Part shown: piece by piece, positions 25,742 to 39,872 of the stretch | How the letters are laid out: each line of letters begins with the position of its first letter | Numbering within the stretch: position 1 is the stretch's first letter | DNA from: Octopus vulgaris | Lineage: Eukaryota | Assembly: GCA_951406725.2 (NCBI GenBank) | Contig: OX597816.1 | Coordinates: 78,120,001 to 78,184,000, forward strand | Reading direction: 5' to 3' | DNA length: 64,000 bases | The notes under the pieces: generated by a model | What the model was told of the DNA's origin: nothing | Seen by the model: only the letters and a program-made list of their open reading frames with translations | Databases searched by the model: none | Position numbers and translations under genes: made by a program

Positions 25742-26011
25742 AGATTTGGTAGATAGAAACTGAAAGAAGCCTGTCGTACATGTTTGCGTGTGTGCATGTC
25801 TCTCTTTGTCTTGACATTGCATGATTGCATAAATGAATGTTATTTCTGATATTCCATGAAAACATATCTAGCATGGAGAAATATTACCTTGCATGGAAAC
25901 AAGTAAAGGCTGGTGACAATAAGGGTATCTGACCATAGAAAATCTGCCGCAAACTCTGTCCAACCCATGTTAGAATAGAAAAGGAGATGCTAAGGCAATG
26001 TTGATGATGAT
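25742..26011 (+). mobile_element. SINE 3' half with RTE-like (GAT)n tail
   Basis: GATTTGGTAGATAGAAACTGAAAGAAGCC...TCCAACCCATGTTAG...TGATGATGAT. Confidence 0.65.
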
Positions 26012-27149
26012 GTATATAGATTGAATGATGTATGAAACTTTTCATTTGCCCTGAGTTTTTGCTCAATACCACCAAACAACAGAATGTGAAACTATCAAGT
26101 GCTTACTCTAAATTAAAAATGCTAAAAAAAAATTTTCTCACAATCAGCAGTTTAATTGTGTTTGATTAAGCAATTATTCTAAACTTTAATATATTTTAGT
26201 TTTGTGCAAGCATTTCTTAAGAAATAGTAACTTCAAAGTGGGATCATAATCAAGAACATTAAACAATGTAAACTTTAAGATTCCAGAGTGTACTTTGGAG
26301 TAAGATTTTGGTGCTATTTCTAGCTGATTAAATAATTGCATAGAAGCACTTTTGACTCGAAAAGACTTGCTTTCAAACCAAAGATGTAATAAGTTTTTCT
26401 GAGATCTGTAATTTTATTGGTCTTTGTTACATCATCATTATCACTTACTGTTGTTGTAATATCCAGTTTTCCAAAATCAATATGGGTTAGATGAAACTGA
26501 GGCAGTCTTTCTGCAAATGGATATCTTTCTTGTTACTAGCCCTTACCAGCTTCCAAATAAGGTTATTATTATTGTCTTTCGAATGATGAAATTCTCAATG
26601 GCTGAACACATTTTTGCAGCAGATGTAATGAATGACACTGACTAAACAGTGACATTTTTCTACATAGAGCATAAAAATATGTCCCAACACAAACACACAA
26701 TGAGCCTCTATACAGTTTCTGTTTACCAACTTCAATTAGAAGGCTTAGTTCAGACTGTCTACAGATGAAATTAGCTCATGATGCTATACAGAAAACAAAC
26801 CCAACACCATGTGATTGTCCAGCAAACTTTTAATACACTTGAACATATACTGAGGGTAGAGTATATTAGTTTAGTTGACATTTCACATTTTGTAACTTAA
26901 AGTTTTGTCTCAAATTTTCAGAGAAAGAAAATTCATTAGTTTAAATATATGAGAAAATTAAAACAATAAGATAGATTTTGATTAATTTCAGAAAAATAAT
27001 TAAAAACAAATGTATGAGAGATAAGGTAATAGAAAAATAACTATAAAGAGTAAACAATAAAGTCTACTTATAAACATTCAAGATAGATTTATTCAACCTA
27101 ATAAAACATCAAGATGTTCTCAATGGACTGACTTAAAGACATGAATGCC

Positions 27150-28250
27150 TCACTACTAAAGAACTGTGGCATCTAAAAGACTGATGGGAGAAGAGGGCAG
27201 ACGAAATTCAAGCCTTTGCTGGTTCTCACAAAGGATAGGGTTACTATGCAAGGCGAAAAAAAAAAGGGATTAACCTGAGGACTCAGCAGAAAATTACGAA
27301 CTATTTTGAACTTCAGTCTATCAATATAAAAGGCTGAACTCCTGTATCACTCTAAATTCAGAATACATGAACATCAACTTCCAACCCTCATCATTGTCAA
27401 TCAGCTGTTAAGTGTGGCGAAAATGTTCTCATATTTGAGCAATAAGATTTCTGAAAACAGTCTGGATACAGAGAACATGAAATGCCAAATGCAGTTGGTC
27501 GTGGTCTCTTTCAGAAAGCTCAATTATTAATCATGGAAGCAATATGAAAGTAAGCTAACAATAAAATAAGAAATTTACCAAGTACTATCTTGCCTATTAT
27601 ATTCTATCAGGATTTGTACACCATTTTTTCAGCACATCAAAAAGCTGATGAGCTGTTTGCTGCACCAGTAACAATCTGTAATGGACATTTTTTGGCAAGA
27701 CCACATCTGTAACTAGGAGGTCCTGCAGCATGCAAATATGCCGAGTGTTCAATCTAACCTGCTGAAATCACATTTGTACTGAGTGAGATATGATCACTCA
27801 GATAACACAAGGATCCCCAAGGCTGTGTTCTTAAACATGATGAAATATGGAAGCCGGTGGCACGTAAAAAGCCCCCACTACACTCACGGAGTGGTTGGTG
27901 TTAGGAAGGGCATCCAACTGTAGAAACACTACCAGACTGGAGCCTGGCACAGCCGTCTGGCTTCCCAGATCCCGGTCGAACCATCCAACCCATGCTAGTA
28001 TGGAAAACGGAGGTTAAACAATGATGATGATTAAAGAGGGTATCAGAAAATCCATAAGCATACCATTAAATGACAAGTTAGAGAAGCAGATGGCCTAATT
28101 GCAAGGAAGAAGAAAACAACTGAATGTAAACAATGGTGAAAAGCTACAGAGAAGAATAAATGTCACAGAGTTAAATTGAATGAAACAAGAGAACAAGCAA
28201 TATCCACTTCACCAGAACTACTACTAATATTCTACAATACCTTTAGAGTT
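27150..28250 (+). mobile_element. Old RTE/BovB-like LINE 3' remnant, interrupted by a younger RTE tail at ~27853-28031
   Basis: Degenerate INIK, FSYLS..IS and FRKL..W-like segments; the inserted tail matches 23095-23284. Confidence 0.5.
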
Positions 28251-28919
28251 GAATGGTCTACAATCTCATAAAAGAGCAAAACATCACTGATGAAGTTCCT
28301 ACCTCCAATATAAAAAAAAAATTCTTTTATGACCACATCATACTTGATTACAAGAGATAACTAAGAGAAATAATAAAGCTTCCAGTTTCAGCACAAAGCC
28401 TGAAATTTGTGGGCAAGAAAATAGTCAATTATATCAATCCCAGTACTTGGCTTAACTTTTTTTTATTGATTCTGGAACGATAAAAGTTAAAGTTAGTCCC
28501 AGTACAAATTGAGCTAAGAACAAAAAGCCAGAAGAAAAAATATGCGCTAACAATTCTTCCACACCAAATAGTATCAATAATAGAATATAAAATGCTACCA
28601 TTGTGTTTAAAAAAAATATCACTTCCTCACTTTTATTTAAGTCAGTTGTGTCAAAGAAAACTAGTGCTGTTAAACACTGAAGGAAGAATTAAATTTAATT
28701 CTCTTTCTACAACTGAACTCGTGTTTGGCAAACAACCAACCATATCTAGAAATGAACTTAAGTTCTAATATGTTATACAGAAGGAAGTCAACAACAATTT
28801 TTTTTAATAGAAATTTAAAAGGAAACATGATTAAAAGAAAAAAAAGTTGAGGAAAATATCAAATTTATCGTTTTAATTGACAAACGCAACAACTGTTAAA
28901 GGAAGTTTTATTTTCTTTC

Positions 28920-29590
28920 TATAAGTTAGAGAGTAAGGAAGGGCTAGAGTCCATGATCACTGTAATCCACCCAAGTCTGTTAAGATTGATGCAGTTGATA
29001 TTTAGTTTGAATTCCACTACAAAAAGATGTTTGTAAGAAAAGATGTTAAGTTCAGGCACAGTATTTAGTATGAGTAAATAAGATAAACTAGAGATGAGGA
29101 GTGGCTTAGACCTTGCTAGATTAGACGAGCACAGATTGTTCAAGTAGTTAAAGAAGAGGCACATAAAAGATATCTAGGATTCAGTGATCATAGCAAATAG
29201 GGGAAGGAGTTTTTTCCTATTAGTCAAATGACCTTCTTTTGGATGCACTCTCAAAGAGGTGTGTGTAGAGGTAGCATTGTAACAGACAGGGAAGCAGTAC
29301 TCTATTGTGGATCACATTTGTACATTATAAAGGGTCAGCAACTGATTGAGACAGAAATAGTTTGGGCTCTGAAAAAGAAGCATAGCTTTTGGAATGCGGT
29401 TTCAGCAACATTATATGTGATGTAACAATGGAGGATGATCAGTGATTATGAAGCCAAGCATTTATATAAACTTTGAAGGTTTTCATTGTGCATTGTTCAT
29501 ATGTAGGTCAGATGTAGTGCATCATTTTTTCCTTGATATATGTAGTTTTGTATCCTGATGCTGTTGAAGATTAGACTGTTCAACCATTGA
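28920..29590 (-). mobile_element. Decayed CR1-like LINE 3' remnant
   Basis: Minus strand around 29285-29325 resembles the CR1 motif Y...VRP.LEY.S.VW. Confidence 0.4.
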
Positions 29591-29756
29591 AAAAATATTT
29601 ACAGGGTGTATGATGTGCCTAGGTTTATGAGGAAAACTAAAATGGAAGGAAATTAATAAGACTATTTGTTAAGAGTAACAATAAACAAGCTATTGATATA
29701 CAATGTACAGAAATATGAAAGAAGACATAAACTATAGTTCAGTCTTTCAAAGTTAA

Positions 29757-29847
29757 CCTTTAGCACATTGTAGGTGCATCATGTCACAATATGTAGTAAC
29801 AGGGCAGTGGCAGGGGAAACAATTCTAGAGAAAATGTGTACTAAAGG
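29757..29847. mobile_element. piggyBac-like micro-MITE
   Basis: TTAA|CCTTTAGCACAT...TGTGTACTAAAGG|TTAA. Confidence 0.6.
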
Positions 29848-29978
29848 TTAATAAAAAGTGAGTCTGTAAAAGCTTTGTCAGTGCTCACTGCAACTGGTCA
29901 ATTTGAGAAACTTCTGGAGATATGATCCATAATTGAGCAACTTTACAAGGAACTTCTCATGGTATACACATGATCAAA

Positions 29979-30370
29979 GCACAGGAGTGGCTTTGTGGTA
30001 AGTAGCTTGCTTACCAACCACATGGTTCCAGGTTCAGTCCCACTGCATGGCACCTTGGGCAAGTGTCTTCTACTATAGCCTCGGGCCGACCAAAGCCTTG
30101 TGAGTGGATTTGGTAGAGGGAAACTGAAAGAAGCCAGTCATATTTATGTATATGTAAATATATGCATGTGTGTGTGTCTTTGTCCCCACCAACACCGCTT
30201 GACAACTGATGCTGGTGTGTTTACGTCCCTGTGACTTAGCGATTTGGCAAAAGAGACCGATAGAATAAGTACTAGGCTTACAAAGAATAAGTCCTGGGGG
30301 TGATTTGCTCGACTAAAGACGGTGCTCCAGCATGGCTGCAATCAAATGACTGAAACAAGTAAAAGAGTAA
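29979..30370 (+). mobile_element. Full-length tRNA-derived SINE (octopus-type)
   Basis: A-box TGGCT.TGTGG, B-box GGTTCAGTCCC, GGCACCTTGGGCAAGTG core, internal (TG)n, tail TGACTGAAACAAGTAAAAGA; paralogue at 49377. Confidence 0.85.
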
Positions 30371-30929
30371 TAGCACTGATATCAAGAGCAACAACATTGT
30401 TTCTTACAATAGAAATTTAGTATATATCATAAAACTGAAATGAAATTATGTTTATATTGACTAGGATCAGTTCTGCCATGCCAAAATATATAATCATTGG
30501 AGAAACAAGGAGTTTAGGCAATCTAAATCATTGGAAAACATCATAAAAATTCTCTCCAGCTTCTGCATGACAAACATTTTTCAGAGATAAAGTAAACAGA
30601 TTGGAAGAATAGTAGTAGTAGTAGTAGTAGTAGTATAGTAATACTTCCTCCTACCCATCAACACACTATTGTGACTGGCACAGCTAGCTATCATCACTCC
30701 ATCTGCTACAACCATTCAGTATAGATTAAGCTCCTCCTTCCATCTCCAACCATTCACTTCAAAGAATTCATAAATAAACCCTCCAGCCTACCATAAAATC
30801 TTCCCCTATGGCTCCTCAAGCCACAATGAAGGCAAGTTTTCTAAAAGACTATTAACTCCAAATAAAGTGTAGAGGGGAACAGTTTAGTTCAGTCAAATAG
30901 TATTTGACTTAAACTAAACTGGCCTTTAA

Positions 30930-32820
30930 GATTAGTGTCACAATAAAATGCACTCAAACCTCATAGTAAAGTGGTTGGTGATATGAAGATCATCCAATGA
31001 ATGAAACTATGCCAAAATTATGACTTCAGAAACAACTAGTTATGGGGTGGTCACAGGAGAATATTTAAACATAACACCTCAACAGTCATAAATTGATATA
31101 AACTCTCTTTCAAATGCAGAATATGACAGAATAACAAAGAACTACCTGTAACGATAAAACTCTCTTATCAAATACAAAACTTTATGGTCACCACCATCAA
31201 TGTTGGTACAATGAAAGGTAGATCTCAAAAATTAGTAAAGATATTAGAATAAAGGTAAGTAGTTATGAGTTACATACAAAAGTTAAGATGGAAAAGAGCC
31301 TCAGCTAGATTCCTCATGACTAAGAATACAGGTACATACACTTTTGTAGGGTAACAGCACTAGGGTAGTTGTAGGAGGCAGATTGTCAGCAGAAAAATGG
31401 GTAACCAGAGTATGTAACATAAAATTAAACTTAGACAAGACACAGGCAATATGACAATGTGAGTTCTCTGCATACATACCACAATCAGAACTGACAAATG
31501 AGGAAGGCAGTTATTTCTATGAAGCCTTCTTACAGTCTACCTTAATGATGACAGCCTCACTATCACATTAAAATTAACATGCTGGGCAATACCATGATGC
31601 CTATTCTGATGCACATGGAATCTATGAGTACAAAGAAAGAAGAATGTGCAAGGCTCTTGGAGTTCAATAATGCAAATGACCTAACCATTAGCAATACCAA
31701 TTTCAAGAAACCAGTCAACCAAAAGATCATCAATCAGGGAACATGCAAAGCCAGATAGACTTCATGTTCATAGGAAATGAGATAGGTGATTGTTAATATA
31801 AAATTTATCTCTGTGAATAATGTAATTCCTAATATAGATTAGTAATATCAGTGTAAGAGGTAGATGAACAGGGAGGTATAATAGCTGAATAATCAACTGC
31901 TAGGCATAGATTCCGAGAAGTTGTAGGCAACATTATGTTGTAAAGGAGGAAGAAATAGATCTGTGGAAGGAACAATGTAAGAGCCAGATGAAATGGGATA
32001 TGGAAGTGGAATGGTAGAGAGAACCATTGAAGCTGGAAAATACGAAGAAAAAGGAAGCAAGGAACGCTAACAAATAGCTAAAAGAGAAACTAGATATCAG
32101 GCATAGATAAGCAAAGGGGCAAGCTAAAGGTTAGTTGTTACCAAATGGTCAAATTTTGTAATGAGAGGACCAGAGGTGTGAGGAGTTTAAAATTGTGGAG
32201 GTAGTGTATCAATTCAAATTAAGATGTTGTTGAAAAAAAGTGTTTTCAGAATGGCAACAGCATACTTATCTTCATTGACACACACACACACAAATGTCAT
32301 TATGAGAATGTTTAGGAGAAAAATGGACTACCTCATGCAGACCCAACAGAGAGACTAGCTATTGAAACCAAGAGCAATACAGCTTAAGGTACAATTAACA
32401 ATATGAAGGCAAGAAAGACAACTGGACCATCAGCAATAGTTGTTGAAATATTGAAAATATCCAATGAAGTAGGACACATGCTAGTCATTCACACATTCAA
32501 ACATAGTCAATTAGTTTATCTAGAAAAGTGTCATAGCCAATGACTGGTGTGCCAGTAATATCATCAACTGCAACAAGGGCATTAAACTGATGGAACCAAG
32601 TTATAGAAGTTATTTATAGCACAGGAGAATTAGAAAAAAAAACTAGCTACAAAGAGATGCATTTTGGGTTAGTACCAAGATAAGGTACCACTGATTCTTC
32701 TTCCTAGTAAGACAACTACATGATAAAGAGAAAGCCCTACATATAGCCTTCATTGGACTGGAGAATGCCTTTGAGAAGATACAACACTAATTTGGTGAGT
32801 GCTAAGGAAATTAGGATGTT
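30930..32820 (+). mobile_element. Old RTE LINE, 5' part (APE endonuclease plus N-terminal RT)
   Basis: TINVGTMKGRS, RWKRASARF, AYIPQS, NTNFKKP, SQIDF, NDWC, MHFGLVP; homologous to 20650-21350. Confidence 0.8.
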
Positions 32821-33024
32821 GCTGCTCTCTAACCCCAGGGTAACTCTACTTAAGTTGATTTATGATGAAAGCAGTGACCTTCCTATCATTGCAGGGGAAC
32901 CCAAGATCACATTAGCAAATATGTTCTTTGCAAGGAGGGTAGAATGAGATTTGTGTAAAATTTGGTTGTTATTTCTAGCAGATCAAGCAACCACATAGTG
33001 TTCCACTTGTTGGCCTAAAATCTA

Positions 33025-34249
33025 CACTATGTGACCAAAAATATCCAGACACTCTGTGAAACAGGTGTTTATCATAGAGGGTTATCATAGAGTAGATCAC
33101 AGAGGGCACCACAGTACTACCATTTACCATGCAGAACACATGGTCAACGATCTCAGAAGCTGGCTACAGCACTAAACAGCAGAATGGGATGCTCTGTAGA
33201 ACTAACAAGACTTTCAATGTAGTCAGGTGGTTGTGTGCCACTTGTTTAATAAGCCTGTACACAAGATTTCCACCCTCCTGAACATCCCTAGGTTCACTAC
33301 TTCTGATGTAATAGTGAAATGGAAACCTGAAGGAACATGTACAACCAAAAAGCGTTTGGGCTGACCTCCTATGTTAAACCCTAGAGACAGTCGAGTATTG
33401 AAGAGGGTCATATGGCATAAGTGTCTATCACCCCTCACCACCATCACACAGGAATTCTAAACTGTACCAGGATCTATTCCAAACACCATGACTGTTCAGT
33501 GCAAGGTGTGGAAACTTGGTTTCCATGGAAGAGTAGCTTCCCATATGCCATGTATCACACAGACAAATGACCAACAACACCTCACATGGTGTATAGAGCA
33601 TTGAAACTGTACTATAGAACAGTGGGAAACTGTTGTGTGGAGTGATGAATCATGGTACACAATATGACAATCTAATGATGTGGCGGGGATACCTGTTCAA
33701 CAAAATGCACCAGCCTATATAGTGCTGACTGTGAAATTCGGTAGTGGTGGATTCATGGTGTGATTGTTTTTCTCCTGGAGAGGGCTTGGCCTCCTTGTGG
33801 CACTATCACCGCACAAGCTTTAACCACTTTCATGTTGCCTTCCGTCAAAGACCATTTCTGGGATGACCATTGTGTCTTTCAACACAACTGAGCAACCATC
33901 CATACTGCAGGGGCTGTATGGAAGTGGTTTGACAACAACGTCCTACTGCACAGAATCCTGATTTAAATCCCATCAAATATCTCTAGGATGTTTTGGAATG
34001 CTGACTTTGTGCTAGATGACACCAACCCACATCAATACCCTTGCTCATTTCAGCACTCCGCAAAGAATGGGCTGTCACTCCCCAGGAAACCTTCCACCAC
34101 CTGTGGAAAGTATTCCAGCAAGAGTGGAGGCTGCCATGAAGGTTAAAGGTGGACCAACACCATATTGACTGCCTGTGTTCCCATGGAGGGTGGTCTAAAC
34201 TTGTACTTAATTATCAGGTGGGTGTGCAGATACTTTTGATCACATAGTG
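33025..34249 (+). mobile_element. Decayed Tc1-family transposon
   Basis: TA|CACTATGTGACCAAAAATATC...GATACTTTTGATCACATAGTG|TA; WETVVWSDES, TVKFGSGGFMV, PDLNPI, KGGPTPY. Confidence 0.9.
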
Positions 34250-34515
34250 TAGATGTTGATGAATGTCTTGTGAGAATTGTTCAAGCCATATACTATTATG
34301 GGGATAATAATGGTTTCAAATTTTTCCACAATGGCAGCCAATTTGGGGGGAGGGGATGTCACAATTACATCAACTCCAGTGTTCAACTGGTACTTAATTT
34401 ATCAACCTCAAAAGGATGAAACGCAAAGTTCACCTTGGCCGAATTTGAACTCAGAACATAGCAGCAGACAAAATACTGCCTGACATGCTAACGATTCTGC
34501 CAGCCTAGCACTTTA

Positions 34516-37500
34516 TGTAATGGAGATAATAAAAATGGAACACCCTTTCCACATGACAAGTGGTATGTGCTAGTCATTACAAATACTGTGATGTCGAAAA
34601 ATTGGGGTAGTCAGTCATAGATAGTCATGTTTTGTCTAACTAACTATACTGCTATACCAGAGTGGACATTATAACAGTCCAACATTGGATTACAACAGTG
34701 GTGACAAGGAATTAACAAATTCATGGTAATTAAACAAACTCACAAAAGTTTTTTATGTGAATTTTATGATATACAAAAGTGTAAAATTATAGAAGATTTG
34801 TTGCCCGGTTTGCTCAAGTTTCAAAAATAGCAACAACAACAATTCAAGGAACAACAGCAGCAACAACAATTACTATTACAACAACATACTCTGCAATAAA
34901 TGAATAGTAAGTCATCCAAAAACGCTGAAAAGATGTTCTTGCCAGATTATGTTACAAACTCAATAACAGAATTTAAGTATGAACCAAATGAAGGAGTTAT
35001 CTTCAAGGCATATTTTAGAAGATATGAACAAATCTTCAATAAAAAGTGCAAAGACTGAGATGACGATATGAAAACATGTCTAATCCTAAGAAAACTGGCA
35101 GCAGGAGAACATGAGCATTACAGCAATTATGTACTCCCAAAAAAACCTTCTGACATAAACTTTAGAAATACAATAGACATATTGTGTAAAATTCTTAGCA
35201 AGAAAAGTTTGTTGTTCAATACACACTGGAAATATTTGAACCTAGAAAAGAACAATGAGGAGGACTACATCACATATGCTGGCAGAGTTAATAGAGAATG
35301 TGAAAAGTTCAAACTGGATCAATTAATGCCAGATATGTTCAAGTGCCTGATATTTACTCAGGGACTAACTGCAGGAAAAGACACAGAAATAAGAACAAGA
35401 ATTTTGACGAGCTGGAACAAAACCAAGCTGTAACCTCACAAGTGTCAAGAGTGTGAAAGAATAATAAATTTAAGATACAACACAGAGTAAAAATGAGCAT
35501 AAATATTGTTCCCAAGTGAAAAAGTGCAAAACTGGCAGAACAGAAAGTGTGTACTAAAATACAGTACAAGCAGGACAAAAAATCCAGAAACAAATGCATG
35601 TTTTGGATGTGGAGGTCTACACCTGAGAACAAAATTGCCCATTTAAGAAAGTGGAATATTTCCATTGAGGAAAAATTGGATACGTAAAAGCACACTGTAA
35701 AACCAAGATAACAAAATGTTAGAATGTAGGAAAAAGAATAAACAAGATGCCATCAAAAGAAAATAGTAATATGGCAAAGAAGAAATTTGTAAATGTGAAA
35801 ACTGAAAATGTAAGAGTAAAAATGCAGATAGACACTGGAAGTGATATTACCACTGTGAATGAAAAAACTATAAAAAAGTATATCAGTAAGCCAAAATTAA
35901 GTAAATCTACAAAAGTAGCACATGAGTAAAAGATTGTATTTTGTAGGTGAATTTGTGTGTAATGTGACATTTCGTGATCAAATGAAAAAGTAAAAGTTTG
36001 TGTTAAAAAATTCAGGTAATCTATTTGGTACAGAGTAGATGGAACTGTTCAAATTGTGAAATACGCCCATAAATGTTTTGTGTGGGAATATAGTCAGTTT
36101 AGTCAACGGTCCGAATGTGGCTGAGGGATTGAAATGAAAAATAAAACATTTCCAGATGTTTTCTTGGATGAGCTGAGCTGCTGCAAGAAAACGAAGGCAA
36201 AAATTTTAGCAAAACAAAGTGCAACACCTGTATTTAAGTCAAAAAATATATCTACCATTTGCAGAACTAGAGCAGGAAAATAAGGAACTTGAAAGACTAG
36301 GAATAATCAAGAAAATGGACCACTCAGATTGGGCAGCATCTACAGTCCATGTAAAAAAGAAAAATACTAAGTTAAGAGTTTGTGTAGATTTTTCAACAGG
36401 GTTGAATGATTGCTTAATCTCACATAACTATCCATTGCCGAGTCCTGGAGAAGTGTTTGCAAGATTGAATAGAGGGAAATTCTTCTCAAAATCAGACCTC
36501 TTGGAGACATATTTACAAATCCAAGTAGAAGATTTGAATGCTCACACTTATTAGCCATTGTTGTTTATTTAAATCACACTGCTGTTCATTTAAATTTAAG
36601 CGGCTTCCCCTTCAGTGTGAAAGTGGCCTCTTCCACATTTCAACAAGTAATGGACACAATGCTGGCAGTGATTTTGCTATTGCCTATTTAGACAATATCA
36701 TAATAAAATGCAAATCAAACAACATGTAGAACATGTAAAAAGGGTATTTGAGAAAATAAGAGAATATGGTTTTAAGATAATAGATTAAAAGGTATGGAAA
36801 CCAGATCCATCCAGAGCAACTGCAATAGAAAATATGTCCACACTGAATAATGTGACTATGCTACAAGCATTCTTGGGGTTAGTAAATTACTACCAAATTT
36901 ATATTCCCAATATACACAATGTAAGGGCCCCGCTCAATGATTTGTTAAAGAAAACTGCAAAATGGTGCTAGACTGATAGGGACCAGAAAGCAGTTGATGA
37001 ATTAAAAAACATTTTAATATTGAACTTATCGTTAACACAGTTTGATCTAAAGCTGGATGTTATATTAGCTACAGATGTGAGTGATTATGGTGTAGGAGCA
37101 GTACTGCACAAATATGATGATGCGAGTAAAAAGGCTATAGCCCATGTGTCATGATCGTTATTACCAGTAGAAAAGAACTACAGCCAAATAGATTTATTCA
37201 TGGAAGAACTTTCTATCTACAAACAGAATCATCACCCACTACTGTCAATATAAGGAATGCCAACACACACAGTGAATAGATTACAGTGGTGGGGCACTAC
37301 ATTATTGATTTATGATTACAAAATGGAACATTTACTGTCAAAACAAAAAACTAGGGCATGCAGATGGTTTGTCCAGACGGATACCAAAACACTGCAAGCC
37401 ATTCGAAGATACAGTAATTGCAGTATTAAGATCAGAAAGAGAAATAAAAAGTGGAATGTGGTATGTGAATTACTGGTAACCCTAGAAGACATAAAACGAA

Positions 37501-38942
37501 ATGCGGAAAAGAACAACTTCATAACATAAATGAAAAGACTACTGTGGACAGGAGTAAATAGGAACAGGATTGGTGTGAAATAGAACTAAGACGTGAACCT
37601 ATACTCAATTTGAGATGGCATACTGATCTGTGCACAGAGAGTAATAATACCTGAAATACTACAAAAGAAAATGTTATGGGAATTCCATGTTGAGCATCCT
37701 GGTATTTCGAGGATGAAAGCTTTCATGCATACCTATGTGTACTGGCCAAAAATAAAGAAATCTAAAATTTAGTGAAAGGCTGCAGAGGATGTGCTCTAGT
37801 GGCAAAATTACTGATGATAAAAAGTGAACCTTGGCCAAAAGTAGATGGGCCATGGTTGAGACTACACATCGATTTCACTGGTCGCTTAAAAGGTTCATAC
37901 TACTTAGTGGTAGTAGTTTTGTCTAAATGGCCAGAAATTTATAAGTGTAAAAAGCCAACCTCCTCAACTACGACAAACTTTCTACATCAGCTGTTTGTGA
38001 GATTTGGTGTCCCAGACACGATAGTGTCGGACAATGGAACGCAATTTATGTCTTTTGAGTTTAAATAGTTTTGTAAAACATTCACTATAGCACAGGCACC
38101 ATATCATCCTAAATCTAACAGACAAGCAGAATCCTTTGTCGATACATTCAATAGAGCCTTAAAAAGGTTAAATAAGGAAGTCATGGATGAAGTAGCTCTA
38201 CAACAATTCTTAAGAGTATACCATGTGACACCAAATCCAAATACACCAGCAGGTATGTCACCAGTGGAACTGATGTTTGCAAGGAAAATAAAATTAGTCT
38301 TTAACAAATTAGTACCTGGTAAGAAAAATTGCAATGGATAATACAGCAAAATATTTCAAAATTGGTGAAAATGTATTTGTTAGGGCATATAAGAATTGAA
38401 AACAAAGTTGGGAAGCTGGCATGATTACCAAACATATAGGAAAAATGCTAATTGGGTAAAAGGAAGAAAAGGGGTACACAAGAGACATGAATCAACTAAA
38501 GAAAAAATGATTCGTTGAGAGCAAACCCAAGAAAATGGAAGAACCAATGGAATGGTTATATGATACTTTTCAAGTACCAATGCCACTACAAATAATTGAA
38601 CCCAGACAAACAAGTGAAAGAAAATGTATGAAGTTCCTGGAAGTGGGTGCCAAACAAAAAATTAGATTATAACTGTATGAAAAAAGAAAGCTCAAAAAAG
38701 GGAGGTGGGGTGAAGTAAAATTTATGGCTAATTAAAAGGAATAAAATTACACTCCCTAAGAAAAAAAAGAAAAACTTTAAAGGGGAGATGTTATGAGGAT
38801 AATGATAATGGATGAGTGGTATGGTAGTCATTACAAATACTGTGATGTCAAGAAGTCGGTCATAGATAGTCACATCTAACTTGTGTAACTATACTGCTAT
38901 ACCGGAGTGGATGTTATAACAGTCCAACGTTGGATTACAACA
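34516..38942 (+). mobile_element. Ty3/gypsy LTR retrotransposon (Mag-like), complete but decayed
   Basis: LTRs 34516-34697 and 38789-38942 (TG...CA); PBS TGGTGACAAGGA; PPT AAAGGGGAGA; gag, protease IDTGSD, RT LRVCVDFS/YLDNII, RNase H ATDVSDYGVGAVL, integrase LHIDFTG/SDNGTQF, in PR-RT-RH-IN order. Confidence 0.92.
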
Positions 38943-38944
38943 AA

Positions 38945-39872
38945 TACAAAGATGCAAGGTGAAAATCGGCAACGAGTTCAGCAAAAAATTTAGCATACAA
39001 ACAGGGGGGGGCCATCAGAATTTGGCTCTTAATCCTCAAATCTGTCAAATATTTAATGTAAAAATTCCAAATATGAAATTAAAAACCTAGTAAAAGTTTT
39101 AGCAGAAAACAAATCAGGACTATTGACCTCTAGGAAGTGACCATGCTTGATATGCAGGAAAGATTTGGATGAGAAATCTATACAGTGCACCCAATGTAAA
39201 CTATGGGGGCACAGAAAGTGTCGTGGAATCAAAGATAAGCTGGCAAAGAATGACTTCTTTGTGGCAGATGAACAAGAGTAAGCAGTATAACCATCTACGA
39301 AATAAATTCTTTCAGCTTCCCAAAAGGCTCTATCGAAGTTTATAGCTTCTATTAGACAGATGACAAAATTAGCAGTGCAGAGGAATAACAGAGTCAAAAT
39401 GTTTAGGAAACTATTACCTCAAATAGCAACAAAGAGATTCTCTTTCCAAGTAAAAGGTAGAATGTTCAATACTTATATAAAGACCAATGTTGCATGAAAT
39501 ACAGAAGATATGTGCCAGTTAGAAATGAGATGCTCTACTAGATATATAAATGTAGAAAATGTATGACCGTTGGAAAAGACTGAGGTGAAGATGCTGGGTA
39601 TAAGAGGAATCACCTGTAGCATGCAAAAAAGAAAACTACCTTGATATGGATATTTGATGCCTACGGAGGATGATAGATACAGTTGATTAATGTGCCAAAC
39701 AAGAGGTACCTGCAAATGATGAAGACCAAGGAAGACATTGTCAGGAAAAGCAAAAGCTAATCTCAGGAGGTTGAATGTCAAAATGGAAATGAAAAAGGAC
39801 CACATACTAGAGAAAAACCATCCAGCCCATACAAACATGGAAAAAAAAATGATATAAAAATTATGATGATGA
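38945..39872 (+). mobile_element. Old RTE LINE, 3' part (continuation of 30930-32820)
   Basis: PCLICRK...SIQCTQCKLWGHRKC PHD, FRKLLP, KGRMF, RPRKT and a TGATGATGA tail. Confidence 0.8.

Noticed and set aside
29979-30050. tRNA gene
   Set aside because: A/B boxes run into a SINE body and there is no complete cloverleaf.
34828-34890. Poly-Q coding stretch suggesting a host exon
   Set aside because: It lies just after the PBS, at the start of the gypsy gag remnant.
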